Shown: positions 49,691 through 59,948 of the stretch, one piece after another | How the letters are laid out: every line of letters begins with the position of its first letter | Numbering within the stretch: position 1 is the first letter of the stretch | NCBI GenBank assembly: GCA_963705105.1 | Contig: CAVPIW010000007.1 | Location: 192,001-256,000, forward strand | Length of the DNA: 64,000 nucleotides | Source of the DNA: an uncultured Nitrospiraceae bacterium | GTDB lineage: Bacteria; Nitrospirota; Thermodesulfovibrionia; Thermodesulfovibrionales; Dissulfurispiraceae | Direction of reading: 5' to 3' | The notes under the pieces: generated by a model | Told to the model about the DNA's origin: nothing | Seen by the model: the letters and a program-made list of their open reading frames with translations, nothing else | Database searches by the model: none | Program-made: the position numbers and the translations under genes

Positions 49691-52426
49691 TCAGCGAGGC
49701 GTTATCGTCAGGCTGACATCGCGGGACGTGTTTCCATCTCCGTTGGACACGTTGACGAAGTCCACCGTGGCCGTATGCGAGCCTGCTGAAACATCGTCCG
49801 GCGACAGCGACACGGTCACGTTGACGCTGTCACCCGGCTCCAGCTTCCCCCGGGCGCTCGTCGCCCCGACAACGGGGCTTCCCACGATCGCAGACACCTG
49901 CTGAAAACCCGTCATTATGTCATTTTTTTCCACGTGGACCCACCACATCGACCCGGTCGCGGACCAGTTCAAAGGGGCATGGCCCGTGTTCTTCAACGTA
50001 TACACCTTCTTTGAGGGAGTGAAGGGTCCTCCTACAGGGCCTGAGGAGGGGAAGCCCCCTGCAGGCGCCACCTCCAGCGTTCCACCCGCGCCACCCTGCT
50101 TGAGCGGCCACTCATCGCCGATGGGACACCACTCGGGCGATCTGAGTTTCTTGCCCAGGACCTTGACCTCGGCGCCGACGCAGACCTCGTAACCCGCCGA
50201 GAGGGTCCAGGACAGGGGAGGGGCCCACGCCGCCATCTTCAGGTAGCCTTTCGCGTTCACAAAGGGCCCTCCCGCGCCGTAAAAGAGCATTGCCAACTCG
50301 GGGCTCACATAACCCCTGAGCGAGGCCGCCGTGGACACGGTCGGTTCCTGAAAATCGAGATTCCTCGTGGTCTCACCGACGGGACTCCATCCCTTCTTTC
50401 TCTTGTACCTGACGCCGGCCTTCAGTGACGTCTCCACTTTTACTCCCGCCGTCACCCCGGCATCCGCATGTCCATCCACACCCACGTATAAACTCACCTT
50501 CGGCACGACGACGAGACAACACCCTATGAGCATGGGCTTGAAGGCCTTCTCCGCTATTTTTACCCTCCCTTCTCCCTGAAAGTTTCCTGTCACGCTCGCC
50601 GTCAATTCATTGGTGTTGGTGATTTTCAAGATCGCCCTGAAGTCCTTGACATAGGGAAAAATGAGATTTGTGCAGCAGCCGATGTGCAGCCCGAAGTCAG
50701 GTTCAAAGCCGACCGTGATGCGACCCCTGAGCGTCACGCCGTGGACAGACCTGTTGAAATCTCCTCCCATATCGGCAGCGGGGTCTGAAACCGCGGGCGT
50801 GATGTCATTGATGACCTTGTCGATTTCAAGTTCGATCTCCGGCCTGCCGGCGACTCTTCGCACTGCGACAATCCTGACCCCGCTCTCGAGTCGTGTGGAC
50901 GCCAGATCGATCTCCAGGTCCTCAGCGGACGCAAGAAAGGTCCCTTCGATCACCGCATCCTCGAGGGTGGCGTCTTCCGTCTCAATCTTCAATTCCCCAT
51001 GGGATGTCGCCATGCCGACTATCCGCCGAATGAAGCCGGTGCGGGCATTGTTTACAGCATCATCGGTTTGCTCGACAACAGTGCTCACAATGATGTCCCC
51101 GGCCTGAAGGGGGACCAGATTCAGAATCCGGGGATCGAAGTAATAGGCGGTCCCCTCCTGCCGGAGGAGAAGGCTTACCGCCGCTGCATCGAGTATCCTG
51201 ACCGAGGGGTCGAGCTTCGTCTCTTTGAGAGCGAACGTGGGCTGAACGGTCCTGTTCCCGTTGACGGTGACGGTGCACGTCCTGTTGCTCGGGGTCCAGC
51301 CGGGCATCCCGTCGCACCCTTCCCAGGCATGAAACACCGAGTCGGCATCCGGGGTGGCCGTCAAAACGACGGTCGTGCCCGGCCGGTATGACGCAGAGCA
51401 CGTATCGCCGCAGTTGATTCCGCCTGCATCGCTTGTGACAAGGCCGTTGCCGAGCGTTTCCACCGTGAGGGTCGTTGAGGACACTTCTGCGCCCCAAAGG
51501 TAGAAATGATCGAGGGAGCCCGTCGGGGTTACGACGACATAGAACTTATACACCCCCGGGGGAAGAGTTGATAGGGATACGTCCGACATGACGGTTTCCA
51601 GGACAGGCCCGGTGTGATTCTCTTTCCATTTCACGATACCGGACGAAAAGGGCGAGAGTTCATTCAGACCGTTGAGGAGGTAGATGTTATCCGGATCCAC
51701 GGCGGGCCAAAACGTGGCAAGATAGACGTCCACGGGCGAGGAAAACTCAGGAAGGCCTATCCTGACCGTGAGGACATCTTCACCGGTTGCCGCAGATCCG
51801 AGGCCGATCGGGCTTGCCTTGCCGGCAATCGTATGAACGAGCGGCATGGCCGTTGCCTGCAGGGCGAAAGACTCCTGTCCCGCCGGAGGGGCCATCCGGC
51901 CGGGAGGCACGACAAACGATGTTTTGTAGAGAATGCATCTGCCGAGATCGTCATGGGGGGTGATCAGGAGGTACAGGTAGTATGTCCCCGGGGGGAGGCT
52001 CTGCACCGGCATGCTCCCGTAGAGAGACTCCTCGACGGGGGAGGAAACGTTGTCCTTCCATTTTGCAGGTCCCGAAGAAAGGGCAGCGACGGAAAGGTCA
52101 GGCCTGATGAGGAAAATTTCGGTATCCAGAAACGGAGCATGGATGGCGAAATATACGTCAACAGGGCCGGAGAACTGCGGCAGAGCCACCTGGAGGGTGA
52201 CGTTGCCGCCTGTCCCTGCGACACTGCCGACGCCGACGGGCTTCGCAGACGCGGCCTGCAGGCTCGGAGCCGGATGCTGCACAGGGTCGTACTCGATGAC
52301 CTCCTGTCCCGCCGGCAAAGGAGCAACTTGTGCTTCCGCCGCGACGACACAGAAAAATCCGAAGATTACAGAGAAAACCGTCATCCACACCACCGCAACC
52401 GATGCCATCTCCAGCAGCCGTTTCAT
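49691..52426 (-). CDS. Large exported surface protein: two uncharacterised N-domains, InlB-B-like repeat, beta-rich region, BACON-like C-domain
   Basis: Signal-like N-terminus; G.VTS...GINCG.TC...V.LTATP...F..W.GC; C-terminal YTLKNTG..PLNW...W. Confidence 0.8.
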   Translation of the reverse strand: MKRLLEMASVAVVWMTVFSVIFGFFCVVAAEAQVAPLPAGQEVIEYDPVQHPAPSLQAASAKPVGVGSVAGTGGNVTLQVALPQFSGPVDVYFAIHAPFLDTEIFLIRPDLSVAALSSGPAKWKDNVSSPVEESLYGSMPVQSLPPGTYYLYLLITPHDDLGRCILYKTSFVVPPGRMAPPAGQESFALQATAMPLVHTIAGKASPIGLGSAATGEDVLTVRIGLPEFSSPVDVYLATFWPAVDPDNIYLLNGLNELSPFSSGIVKWKENHTGPVLETVMSDVSLSTLPPGVYKFYVVVTPTGSLDHFYLWGAEVSSTTLTVETLGNGLVTSDAGGINCGDTCSASYRPGTTVVLTATPDADSVFHAWEGCDGMPGWTPSNRTCTVTVNGNRTVQPTFALKETKLDPSVRILDAAAVSLLLRQEGTAYYFDPRILNLVPLQAGDIIVSTVVEQTDDAVNNARTGFIRRIVGMATSHGELKIETEDATLEDAVIEGTFLASAEDLEIDLASTRLESGVRIVAVRRVAGRPEIELEIDKVINDITPAVSDPAADMGGDFNRSVHGVTLRGRITVGFEPDFGLHIGCCTNLIFPYVKDFRAILKITNTNELTASVTGNFQGEGRVKIAEKAFKPMLIGCCLVVVPKVSLYVGVDGHADAGVTAGVKVETSLKAGVRYKRKKGWSPVGETTRNLDFQEPTVSTAASLRGYVSPELAMLFYGAGGPFVNAKGYLKMAAWAPPLSWTLSAGYEVCVGAEVKVLGKKLRSPEWCPIGDEWPLKQGGAGGTLEVAPAGGFPSSGPVGGPFTPSKKVYTLKNTGHAPLNWSATGSMWWVHVEKNDIMTGFQQVSAIVGSPVVGATSARGKLEPGDSVNVTVSLSPDDVSAGSHTATVDFVNVSNGDGNTSRDVSLTITPR

Positions 52427-52477
52427 AACACTCTCCTCATAATAACCTTATGCGCCCCTGTTTCCTTGAGGTTGTTC

Positions 52478-52884
52478 CACCCTTGTCCATAATATTTTGC
52501 AGCGAGACCTTGACAACGAGGACAGGGCGTGGTTTCTGAAGCATAATTCACGGTTGCCCTGCACGAAAAGACGGTGCAAAACAATCAAAAACCCTTTATT
52601 CAACGAATATCAGATTATCGGGGTCCTGTCCAATGATAATTTCTTATATGCTGATGATCCCTGCTAATAGCGACGACCCGCCCGAAAAGCATGGCGTTCC
52701 GCGGTATTGCGACGCTGGTGTCGTTGTGGGCGGGCATGACGGTTTTCTATTGATGCCGGGATGGCTTATAGTAAGAAGTCACCCTTGTCCGAAATATTTT
52801 GCAGCGGGACCTTGAAAACGAGGATAGGGTGTGTTTTCTGAAGCATAATTCACGGTTGCCTTGCGCGAAAAGACGGGGCAAAAC
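52478..52884 (+). repeat. 105-bp direct repeat pair (52478-52582 and 52780-52884)
   Basis: CACCCTTGTCC..AATATTTTGCAGCG.GACCTTGA.AACGAGGA...CTGAAGCATAATTCACGGTTGCC.TGC.CGAAAAGACGG.GCAAAAC occurs twice. Confidence 0.85.
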
Positions 52885-53050
52885 GCTCTGAAAAACAGTG
52901 TCAGTGTCAGTGTGAGTGTCCGCAAAAGGTTAATTTTGTTTGATCGTTGGTCTGCAATGGTCTGCACGGGAAGGCAGAGGTTTCGCAGCACCGATGCTTT
53001 TCGGCGCATTCGCCCCGTCTTTCCTGAGATCTCATTGCGGTGATAAGGGT
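52858..53050 (-). repeat. Dispersed modular element (6-mer type, inverted)
   Basis: Reverse complement of 12875-13063. Confidence 0.85.
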
Positions 53051-53137
53051 TTATTATGCGAAGAAATCATGCCCAATCCTCGTGTCACGTTATTTTGAAC
53101 AATAGTAAGAAGTACTATCTGCAAGGAGGTTTGTCCC

Positions 53138-53494
53138 ATGAAGAAAGGTTTGACAATAGTCGCCGCGGTGATGTCCGTCTGCCTGATCGGCCCGCTACAT
53201 ATGGCATCAGGCACTACGAAGCAAAAGACGGGGGAGTCGCTCTTCAACCAATTCTGCGCCGAGTGCCACGCCGATGGCGGCAACCTCATGAACCCACAGA
53301 AGACGCTGAGCAGGAAGGACCGTGAGGCGAACGGCATCAAGACGGCCGAGGACATCGTCAACAAGATGAGAAACCGGGGTCCCTTCGCGTCCCATCCGAG
53401 CAGCCGGACGACAATGAAGACATTCGACGAGGCCACCATTCCCGTCGATGACGCGTACAGAATCGCGAGGTATATCCTGGAAACCTTTCAGTAA
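53138..53494 (+). CDS. Monoheme class I cytochrome c (c6-like)
   Basis: Signal peptide; GESLF...CAECH.DGGN...P.KTL. Confidence 0.9.
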   Translation: MKKGLTIVAAVMSVCLIGPLHMASGTTKQKTGESLFNQFCAECHADGGNLMNPQKTLSRKDREANGIKTAEDIVNKMRNRGPFASHPSSRTTMKTFDEATIPVDDAYRIARYILETFQ

Positions 53495-53499
53495 TAAAG

Positions 53500-53927
53500 A
53501 CAGTGTCAGTGTGAGTGTGGGTGTCAGTGAAAGGAGCGTTTGTCAAAAACGAAATGTTGACGCCCTCGAATGACTCAGTGACTTAATGACCCAATGACTC
53601 AATGACTATAGAGGTGAGTGTGGGTGTCAGTGAAAGGCGTGTTTGTCAATAACGAAATGCTGACGCCCTCGAATGACTTAATGACTCAATGACTCAATGA
53701 CTGTAGAGGTGAGTGTCAGTGTCAGTGAAAGGCGTGTTTGTCAAAAACGAAATGTTGACGCCCTCGAATGACTCAGTGACTTAATGACCCAATGACTCAA
53801 TGACTATAGAGGTGAGTGTCAGTGGAAGGAGCGTTTGTCAAAAACGAAATGTTGACGCCCTCGAATGACTCAGTGACTTAATGACCCAATAACTCAATGA
53901 CTATAGAGGTGAGTGTCAGTGGAAGGA
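53500..53927 (+). repeat. Tandem array, four full units (103, 95, 103, 97 bp) plus a partial fifth
   Basis: Unit = GTGTCA-type 6-mers + GTTTGTCAA.AACGAAATG.TGACGCCCTCG + four or five AATGACTC-type 8-mers + TAGAG. Confidence 0.95.
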
Positions 53928-53975
53928 CGGATTCTCGCGCAAAGACGCCAAGTTCGCCAGGCACGGCCAGAATAT

Positions 53976-54172
53976 ACCTTATCGTTGCAATACACTCCCG
54001 GGAAAGGCGGGGTGTATGCGCCGAAAACCTTGCTGCGGCGACACCTTAACCGTAACAAAAAGTATCTTTCAAGCCAATGGTCGAAATATGATCCTCTTTA
54101 CTCACACTCACACTGTCACTGTCACTGTTTTTTTAGAGCGCTTCGCCCCGCCTTTCTATGCAACCACAGGGT
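53976..54172 (+). repeat. Dispersed modular element (6-mer type)
   Basis: Same arms; flanks extend the IR (GAATAT-ACC...GGT-ATATTC). Confidence 0.9.
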
Positions 54173-54237
54173 ATATTCCACACACAGACACTGTCACCGT
54201 GCGGACACTGCTCAAGCGGCCTGTGGTATAGTACTGT

Positions 54238-54618
54238 ATGCTCTACGGTAAGAAGGCTATAGAGGAGGCCGTGCTGGAGATATGGGACAACCCGTCTCCG
54301 GAGCGGGATTACGAGATCTCCATCTCCTTCCCCGAGTTCACCTGCCTGTGCCCCCGCTCCGGGTACCCCGACTTCGCAACGATCAAAGTGCTCTACGTGC
54401 CGGACGCGAAGATCGTGGAGCTCAAGTCCTTCAAGCTCTACCTGAATGCATTCCGGGACCGGCACATCTCCCACGAGGAGGTCACGAACAGGATATTCGC
54501 GGACCTGGAAAAGGCCCTGGCGCCGAGGTTCCTCGAGGTGACGGGCGACTTCAACCCCCGGGGCAACGTGAAGACCGTCGTGCGCGTTACGGCAGGGCGG
54601 ACCTCGCCTTCTCGATAA
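54238..54618 (+). CDS. queF: 7-cyano-7-deazaguanine reductase
   Basis: [27 protein letters not shown] motifs. Confidence 0.95.
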   Translation: MLYGKKAIEEAVLEIWDNPSPERDYEISISFPEFTCLCPRSGYPDFATIKVLYVPDAKIVELKSFKLYLNAFRDRHISHEEVTNRIFADLEKALAPRFLEVTGDFNPRGNVKTVVRVTAGRTSPSR

Positions 54619-55198
54619 ACTGCCGCATCTTTCTCAGGTCCTTCTTGCCTTTCTCCGACTCGATCCCGCTGCTGACATCCACGCCGTAGGGTCTGACCCA
54701 CTGGATCGCCCGCCCGACGTTGTCGGGATTCAGGCCTCCCGCAAGGATAACACGGCCGAACCTGCGGGCCTCCTTTGCGATGTCCCAGTTGAAGATCTGC
54801 CCCGTGCCGCCGTAGGACACGGGTGAATAGGTGTCGAGAAGGAGGGCCGACACCCTGTATCTCTCCAGAGGCCTCAGGTCGGTGAAGTCCTTCACTCTGA
54901 GGGCCTTGACGACCCTGTTCCAGTGCCGGCAGACATCGGGAGGCTCGTCGCCGTGGAGCTGAACGACGGAGATCCCCGTCTGCCTCACAATCGCGGTGAT
55001 GCGCTCCGGTTTCTCGTTGACGAAGACCCCGACGGCAGCGACGAAGGGCGGCAGGAAGGAAATGATCTCTGCCGCCCTTTCGGGCTCTATCGACCGGGGG
55101 CTCCTGTCAAAAAAGACGAAGCCCAGCGCGTCGGCGCCGTAATCGGCAGCGGCAAGGGCATCCTCCGTGTTGGTGATGCCGCAGATCTTGATCCTCAT
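54587..55198 (-). CDS. trpF: Phosphoribosylanthranilate isomerase
   Basis: KICGIT, QLHGDE, GGTG..F.W, LAGGL, DVSSG motifs. Confidence 0.96.
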   Translation of the reverse strand: MRIKICGITNTEDALAAADYGADALGFVFFDRSPRSIEPERAAEIISFLPPFVAAVGVFVNEKPERITAIVRQTGISVVQLHGDEPPDVCRHWNRVVKALRVKDFTDLRPLERYRVSALLLDTYSPVSYGGTGQIFNWDIAKEARRFGRVILAGGLNPDNVGRAIQWVRPYGVDVSSGIESEKGKKDLRKMRQFIEKARSALP

Positions 55199-55211
55199 GA
55201 ATGCAAAACCA

Positions 55212-56564
55212 TCAGATCACTGCAAGCTTCGCGAGGGACTCCCGGATCTTCTCCTCGGGATAGGCGTAATCGATGAGCTTGCCGGCGAGGTAATCCGCAT
55301 AGGCGGCGAGGTCGAGATAGCCATGGCCGCTGAGGTTGAAGAGGATGCACTTCTCCTTTCCTTCCTCCTTGCAGAGCAGGGCCTCATCTATGGCCGCCCG
55401 TATGGCGTGGGCGCTCTCGGGGGCGGGAATGATGCCCTCGGTCTGCGCAAAGGTCAGGGCAGCTTCGAAGATCGCCGTCTGCCCGTAAGATTTCGCCTCG
55501 CAGAGTCCGTCATGATAGAGCTGTGACAGGAGCGGAGAATCGCCGTGATAACGGAGCCCGCCCGCATGAATGCCGGGAGGCATGAAGTCGTGGCCGAGGG
55601 TGTACATCATGAGGAACGGCGTCAGGCCGACGGTGTCACCGAAATCATAACGGAACTCTCCCTTCGTCAGGGTGGGACAGGAGCTGGGCTCGACGGCGAT
55701 GGCCCTCAGCTCCTTGCCGTTGATCTTGTCCAGGAGAAAGGGGAAGGCGATGCCTCCGAAATTGCTGCCGCCGCCGCAGCAGCCGATGATGATATCGGGA
55801 TAGTCGTTGACGAGGGCGAGCTGCTTCTTCGCCTCCAGACCGATGACGGACTGGTGAATGACGACGTGGTTCAGGACCGAGCCGAGGGCGTAGTTCGTGT
55901 CGCCGTGGGTCGCCGCATCCTCGACGGCCTCGGAGATGGCGATGCCGAGGCTGCCCGGCATGTCGGGATCGGCCTCGAGGAGTTTCCTCCCGGAATTGGT
56001 GACCGTCGAGGGGCTCGGGTGAACAGTGGCGCCCCAGGTCTCCATGGCGATCCTGCGATACGGTTTCTGGTCATAACTCACGCGAACCATATAGACGGTG
56101 ACCTCGATGCCGAAGAGCTTGCCCGCAAGGGCCATGGAGGATCCCCACTGCCCGGCGCCCGTCTCCGTGGCGATCCTCCTGATGCCCGCCAGCTTGTTGT
56201 AGTAAGCCTGGGGAACGGACGTGTTCGGCTTGTGGCTGCCTGCAGGGCTCACGCCCTCGTACTTGTAATAGATCCTGGCCGGGCTGCCGATCGCCTTTTC
56301 GAGCCTATGGGCCCTGTAAAGAGGGGAAGGCCTCCAGAGCGTAAAGATGTCGAGCACTTCCCCGGGGATGTCGATCCACCGCTGCGGGCTCATCTCCTGT
56401 TCGATAAGGCCCATCGGAAAGATGGCCAGCAGGTCGTCGGGTCCGACGGGCTGCTTCGTCCCCGGGTGGAGAGGCGGCTTCGGAAGATTCGGCATGTCGG
56501 CCATGATGTTGTACCATTGACGGGGTATTTCACTCTCAGGCAGGATGATTTTCGTCTCTTGCAT
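55212..56564 (-). CDS. trpB2: TrpB2-type tryptophan synthase beta
   Basis: [33 protein letters not shown] motifs. Confidence 0.93.
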   Translation of the reverse strand: MQETKIILPESEIPRQWYNIMADMPNLPKPPLHPGTKQPVGPDDLLAIFPMGLIEQEMSPQRWIDIPGEVLDIFTLWRPSPLYRAHRLEKAIGSPARIYYKYEGVSPAGSHKPNTSVPQAYYNKLAGIRRIATETGAGQWGSSMALAGKLFGIEVTVYMVRVSYDQKPYRRIAMETWGATVHPSPSTVTNSGRKLLEADPDMPGSLGIAISEAVEDAATHGDTNYALGSVLNHVVIHQSVIGLEAKKQLALVNDYPDIIIGCCGGGSNFGGIAFPFLLDKINGKELRAIAVEPSSCPTLTKGEFRYDFGDTVGLTPFLMMYTLGHDFMPPGIHAGGLRYHGDSPLLSQLYHDGLCEAKSYGQTAIFEAALTFAQTEGIIPAPESAHAIRAAIDEALLCKEEGKEKCILFNLSGHGYLDLAAYADYLAGKLIDYAYPEEKIRESLAKLAVI

Positions 56565-56722
56565 GATCCCTCCAGGATGTTGTTTTTCTTATATACGTAA
56601 CGTCCCCCGGCGCCGTCAAGACGGGCATGATCGCTTCGGGCCATTACCAGTATATCATAAAGAGATATGTGATATAATAGCAGATTCATGAGGCTGAAAC
56701 GCATTACTGGAGGTGATCGCCC

Positions 56723-57925
56723 GTGAGTGCGCGCACGGAAAGACTTCCCGACGGAAAAGGGTATTTCGGCGCTTTCGGCGGACGGTTCGTGCCGGAGACG
56801 CTGATACCCGCCCTCGAGGAACTCACAAAGGCCTATGAGGACGCCTGCGAGGACCCTTCATTTCAGGCGACGATCGATCACCTCGGAAAGACATATGTCG
56901 GGCGGCCGACGCCGCTCTATTTCGCCCGCCGTCTCACGGAGCACCTGGGGGGAGCAAAGGTCTACCTGAAACGGGAGGACCTTGCCCACACGGGCGCTCA
57001 CAAGATCAACAACGCCCTCGGCCAGGCACACCTCGCCAGAAGGATGGGAAAGAAACGGCTCATCGCCGAAACGGGCGCCGGTCAGCACGGCGTTGCAACG
57101 GCAACGGGCGCTGCGCTGACGGGACTCGAATGCGCGGTCTACATGGGGTCCGACGACATTCAGCGTCAGATGCTCAACGTCTTCAGGATGAAACTCCTCG
57201 GCTCGGAGGTGATCGAGGTGCCTGTCGGTTCCCGCACCCTGAAGGACGCCATCAATGAGGCATTGCGCGACTGGACCACGAACGTGAGGACGACCCACTA
57301 TGTGCTGGGCACCGTCTTCGGACCTCATCCCTTTCCCCGGATCGTGCGGGACTTCCAGTCCGTCATCGGCAGGGAAACAAAACGGCAGATCGTCGAGGCA
57401 GAGGGAAGGCTGCCGGACCTGATCATCGCCTGCGTCGGCGGCGGCAGTAACGCCATGGGCATCTTCAACGATTTCCTCGCAGACGACGTCGCACTGACCG
57501 GCGTCGAGGCGGGGGGAAGGGGCATAGCCACGGGCGAGCATGCCGCGCGGTTTGCAGGCGGCTCCCTCGGCGTCTTCCAGGGATGCAAGAGCTACCTGCT
57601 CCAGGACGACGACGGCAACGTCCTCGGCACCCATTCCGTATCGGCCGGTCTCGATTATGCGTCGGTGGGACCGGAGCACTCGTACCTGCGGGAGCAGGGT
57701 CGGGTGACCTACCGGTATGCGACGGACGACGAGGCCCTTGCGGCATTCGAGCTTCTGAGCAGGACCGAGGGGATCATCCCGGCCCTCGAATCGGCCCACG
57801 CCGTGGCTGAGGCCGTCAAGCGCGCCCCGGAAATGCCGGCGGAGGCGATCATCGTCGTCAACCTGTCGGGCAGGGGCGACAAGGACGTTCAGCAGGTCGC
57901 CCGCCTTAAAGGCTTCGGGATGTGA
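56723..57925 (+). CDS. trpB: Tryptophan synthase beta chain
   Basis: [28 protein letters not shown] motifs. Confidence 0.97.
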   Translation: MSARTERLPDGKGYFGAFGGRFVPETLIPALEELTKAYEDACEDPSFQATIDHLGKTYVGRPTPLYFARRLTEHLGGAKVYLKREDLAHTGAHKINNALGQAHLARRMGKKRLIAETGAGQHGVATATGAALTGLECAVYMGSDDIQRQMLNVFRMKLLGSEVIEVPVGSRTLKDAINEALRDWTTNVRTTHYVLGTVFGPHPFPRIVRDFQSVIGRETKRQIVEAEGRLPDLIIACVGGGSNAMGIFNDFLADDVALTGVEAGGRGIATGEHAARFAGGSLGVFQGCKSYLLQDDDGNVLGTHSVSAGLDYASVGPEHSYLREQGRVTYRYATDDEALAAFELLSRTEGIIPALESAHAVAEAVKRAPEMPAEAIIVVNLSGRGDKDVQQVARLKGFGM

Positions 57926-57938
57926 GGGGCAGGGACCG

Positions 57939-58736
57939 GTGACGAGAATCGGCGAGACCTTCGGCCGCCTCAAATCGCAGGGACGCAAGGCATTCATTCC
58001 CTATATCATGTGCGGCGACCCCGACCTGCGCAGAACCCGGGAGCACCTCGCTGTTCTCATCGAGGGCGGCGCCGACATCGTCGAACTGGGGGTGCCTTTC
58101 TCCGACCCCCTCGCCGACGGCCCCACCATCCAGAGGGCCGCGGAGCGGGCCCTGGAGGCAGGCGTCACCCTGCGCACGATACTCCCCTTCGTCCGGGAGC
58201 TTCGCCGGGATTGGGACATCCCGATCGTGCTGATGACATATTACAATCCCGTCTTCAGGTACGGCGAAGAGAGGTTTCTGATCGATGCCGCCCAGGCGGG
58301 CGTCGACGGGCTCATCGTCCCCGACCTCCCTCCCGAGGAGGGAGATTCGCTCCGTCTGCTCGCCGCCCGCGCAGGGATAGACACGATTTTTCTCGTCGCC
58401 CCGACGTCCGGGAAGGACCGGATTCAGGCGGTCGTCACTGCGAGCAGCGGTTTCGTCTATTATGTATCGATGACGGGCATCACCGGTTCGCGGATCTCCG
58501 TCGACAGTGCGCTGATGAATCACCTGAAGGCGGTCAGGGAGCGGACCGACAAACCCGTCGCAGTCGGTTTCGGCGTGTCGACGCCTGAAGATGCCGCCGT
58601 CATCGGCTCTCTTGCCGACGGCGTCATCGTGGGCAGTGCAATCGTCAAGAAGTTCTATGAGCATCCCAAGGGGGCCCGTGACTTTATCGTCTCCCTCAGG
58701 AGAGCGATCGACAGCGGCCCCGGCGCGGGGGCATAG
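57939..58736 (+). CDS. trpA: Tryptophan synthase alpha chain
   Basis: ELGVPFSDPLADGPTIQ, MTYYNP, VGFG motifs. Confidence 0.97.
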   Translation: MTRIGETFGRLKSQGRKAFIPYIMCGDPDLRRTREHLAVLIEGGADIVELGVPFSDPLADGPTIQRAAERALEAGVTLRTILPFVRELRRDWDIPIVLMTYYNPVFRYGEERFLIDAAQAGVDGLIVPDLPPEEGDSLRLLAARAGIDTIFLVAPTSGKDRIQAVVTASSGFVYYVSMTGITGSRISVDSALMNHLKAVRERTDKPVAVGFGVSTPEDAAVIGSLADGVIVGSAIVKKFYEHPKGARDFIVSLRRAIDSGPGAGA

Positions 58737-58783
58737 AAAAAGCCGGTGAGAGCCCCGGCAATCGTCGGAATGACAGGGATCCT

Positions 58784-59647
58784 ATGGCCTGGTTCAAGAA
58801 GAAAAAAGAAAGCAAAACGGACCGCAAGGTGAAAATTCCCGAGGGACTCTGGGTGAAGTGCGACAGTTGCCGGGAGATCATCTACAAGAAGGAGATCGAA
58901 AAGAACCTCCAGATCTGCCCGAAGTGCAATTACCATTTCCGCATCAGTGCCACGGAGCGCATCCATTTTGTCGTCGACGAGGGCAGTTTCACGGAGCTCG
59001 ACGCCGGCCTCGCCTCGCCGGACCCTCTCGATTTCAGGGATACCATTTCCTATGGGGAACGGCTTGACGAAAACAGGAAGAAGAGCGGGCTGAAGGAGGC
59101 CCTCATATACGGTGAAGCGGCGATCAACGGCAGGCCCGTCATCATCGGCATTATGGACTTTTCCTTCATGGGCGGCAGCATGGGCTCCGTTGTCGGTGAG
59201 AAGATCGCCAGGGCCGCCGAACTGGCCCTGGAACGCCGCATTCCCCTGATCACCGTCTCCTCCTCGGGCGGCGCGCGCATGCACGAGGGCATGTTCTCGC
59301 TCATGCAGATGGCAAAGGTATCGGCGGCGATCGGGAAGCTCAGGCAGACGGACGTCCTTTACATATCCGTCCTCGCCGACCCCACCTTCGGGGGTGTGAC
59401 TGCCAGCTTTGCCATGCTCGGTGACATCATCATCGCCGAACCGAAGAGCCTGATCGGGTTTGCCGGGCCCCGCGTCATCGAGCAGACCATAAAGCAGCAG
59501 CTTCCGGAGAACTTCCAGCGCGCCGAGTTCGTCCTCGAACACGGGATGATCGATCTCGTCGCAGACCGTAAGGAGCTGAAGCAGACCATCTTCAGGCTCA
59601 TCGACCATTTCATGCCGGCCCCGCCTGGAACACCGGACAACACATGA
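58784..59647 (+). CDS. accD: Acetyl-CoA carboxylase carboxyltransferase beta
   Basis: LWVKC..C zinc finger, GGSMG, SGGARM.EG, FAGPRVI motifs. Confidence 0.97.
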   Translation: MAWFKKKKESKTDRKVKIPEGLWVKCDSCREIIYKKEIEKNLQICPKCNYHFRISATERIHFVVDEGSFTELDAGLASPDPLDFRDTISYGERLDENRKKSGLKEALIYGEAAINGRPVIIGIMDFSFMGGSMGSVVGEKIARAAELALERRIPLITVSSSGGARMHEGMFSLMQMAKVSAAIGKLRQTDVLYISVLADPTFGGVTASFAMLGDIIIAEPKSLIGFAGPRVIEQTIKQQLPENFQRAEFVLEHGMIDLVADRKELKQTIFRLIDHFMPAPPGTPDNT

Positions 59648-59698
59648 GATCATTGCTGTCCAGAAGCAGGACTTTGAGGCGCTTCGCCCTGCCTTTTC

Positions 59699-59912
59699 AC
59701 CTTATCGTTGCAATACACTCCCTGGAAAGGCGGGGTGTATGCGCCGAAAACCTTGCTGCGGCGACACCTGTATCGAAAGGGCAGACGAACTATACGCCAA
59801 TGGTCGATGACACAAAGAGTGGAATCCTGAAACACGAAACTGACGAGGCGTATCGTCGCCTTCAGCAAGGCTTTGAGGCGCTTCGCCCCGCCTTTTCATG
59901 CAACAGAAAGGT
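59699..59912 (+). repeat. Dispersed modular element (long-arm type), with an orphan right arm at 59665-59698
   Basis: Between accD and folC; very similar to 17437-17649. Confidence 0.92.
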
Positions 59913-59948
59913 TCATACATCTGCAATCAGAAACAGGACCGTTGTGTA

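Noticed and set aside
53500..53927. CRISPR array
   Set aside because: Units are near-identical along their length with no unique spacers, and there are no cas genes in the window
55212..58736. Two trpB genes as a novelty
   Set aside because: Coexistence of TrpB1 and TrpB2 is well known
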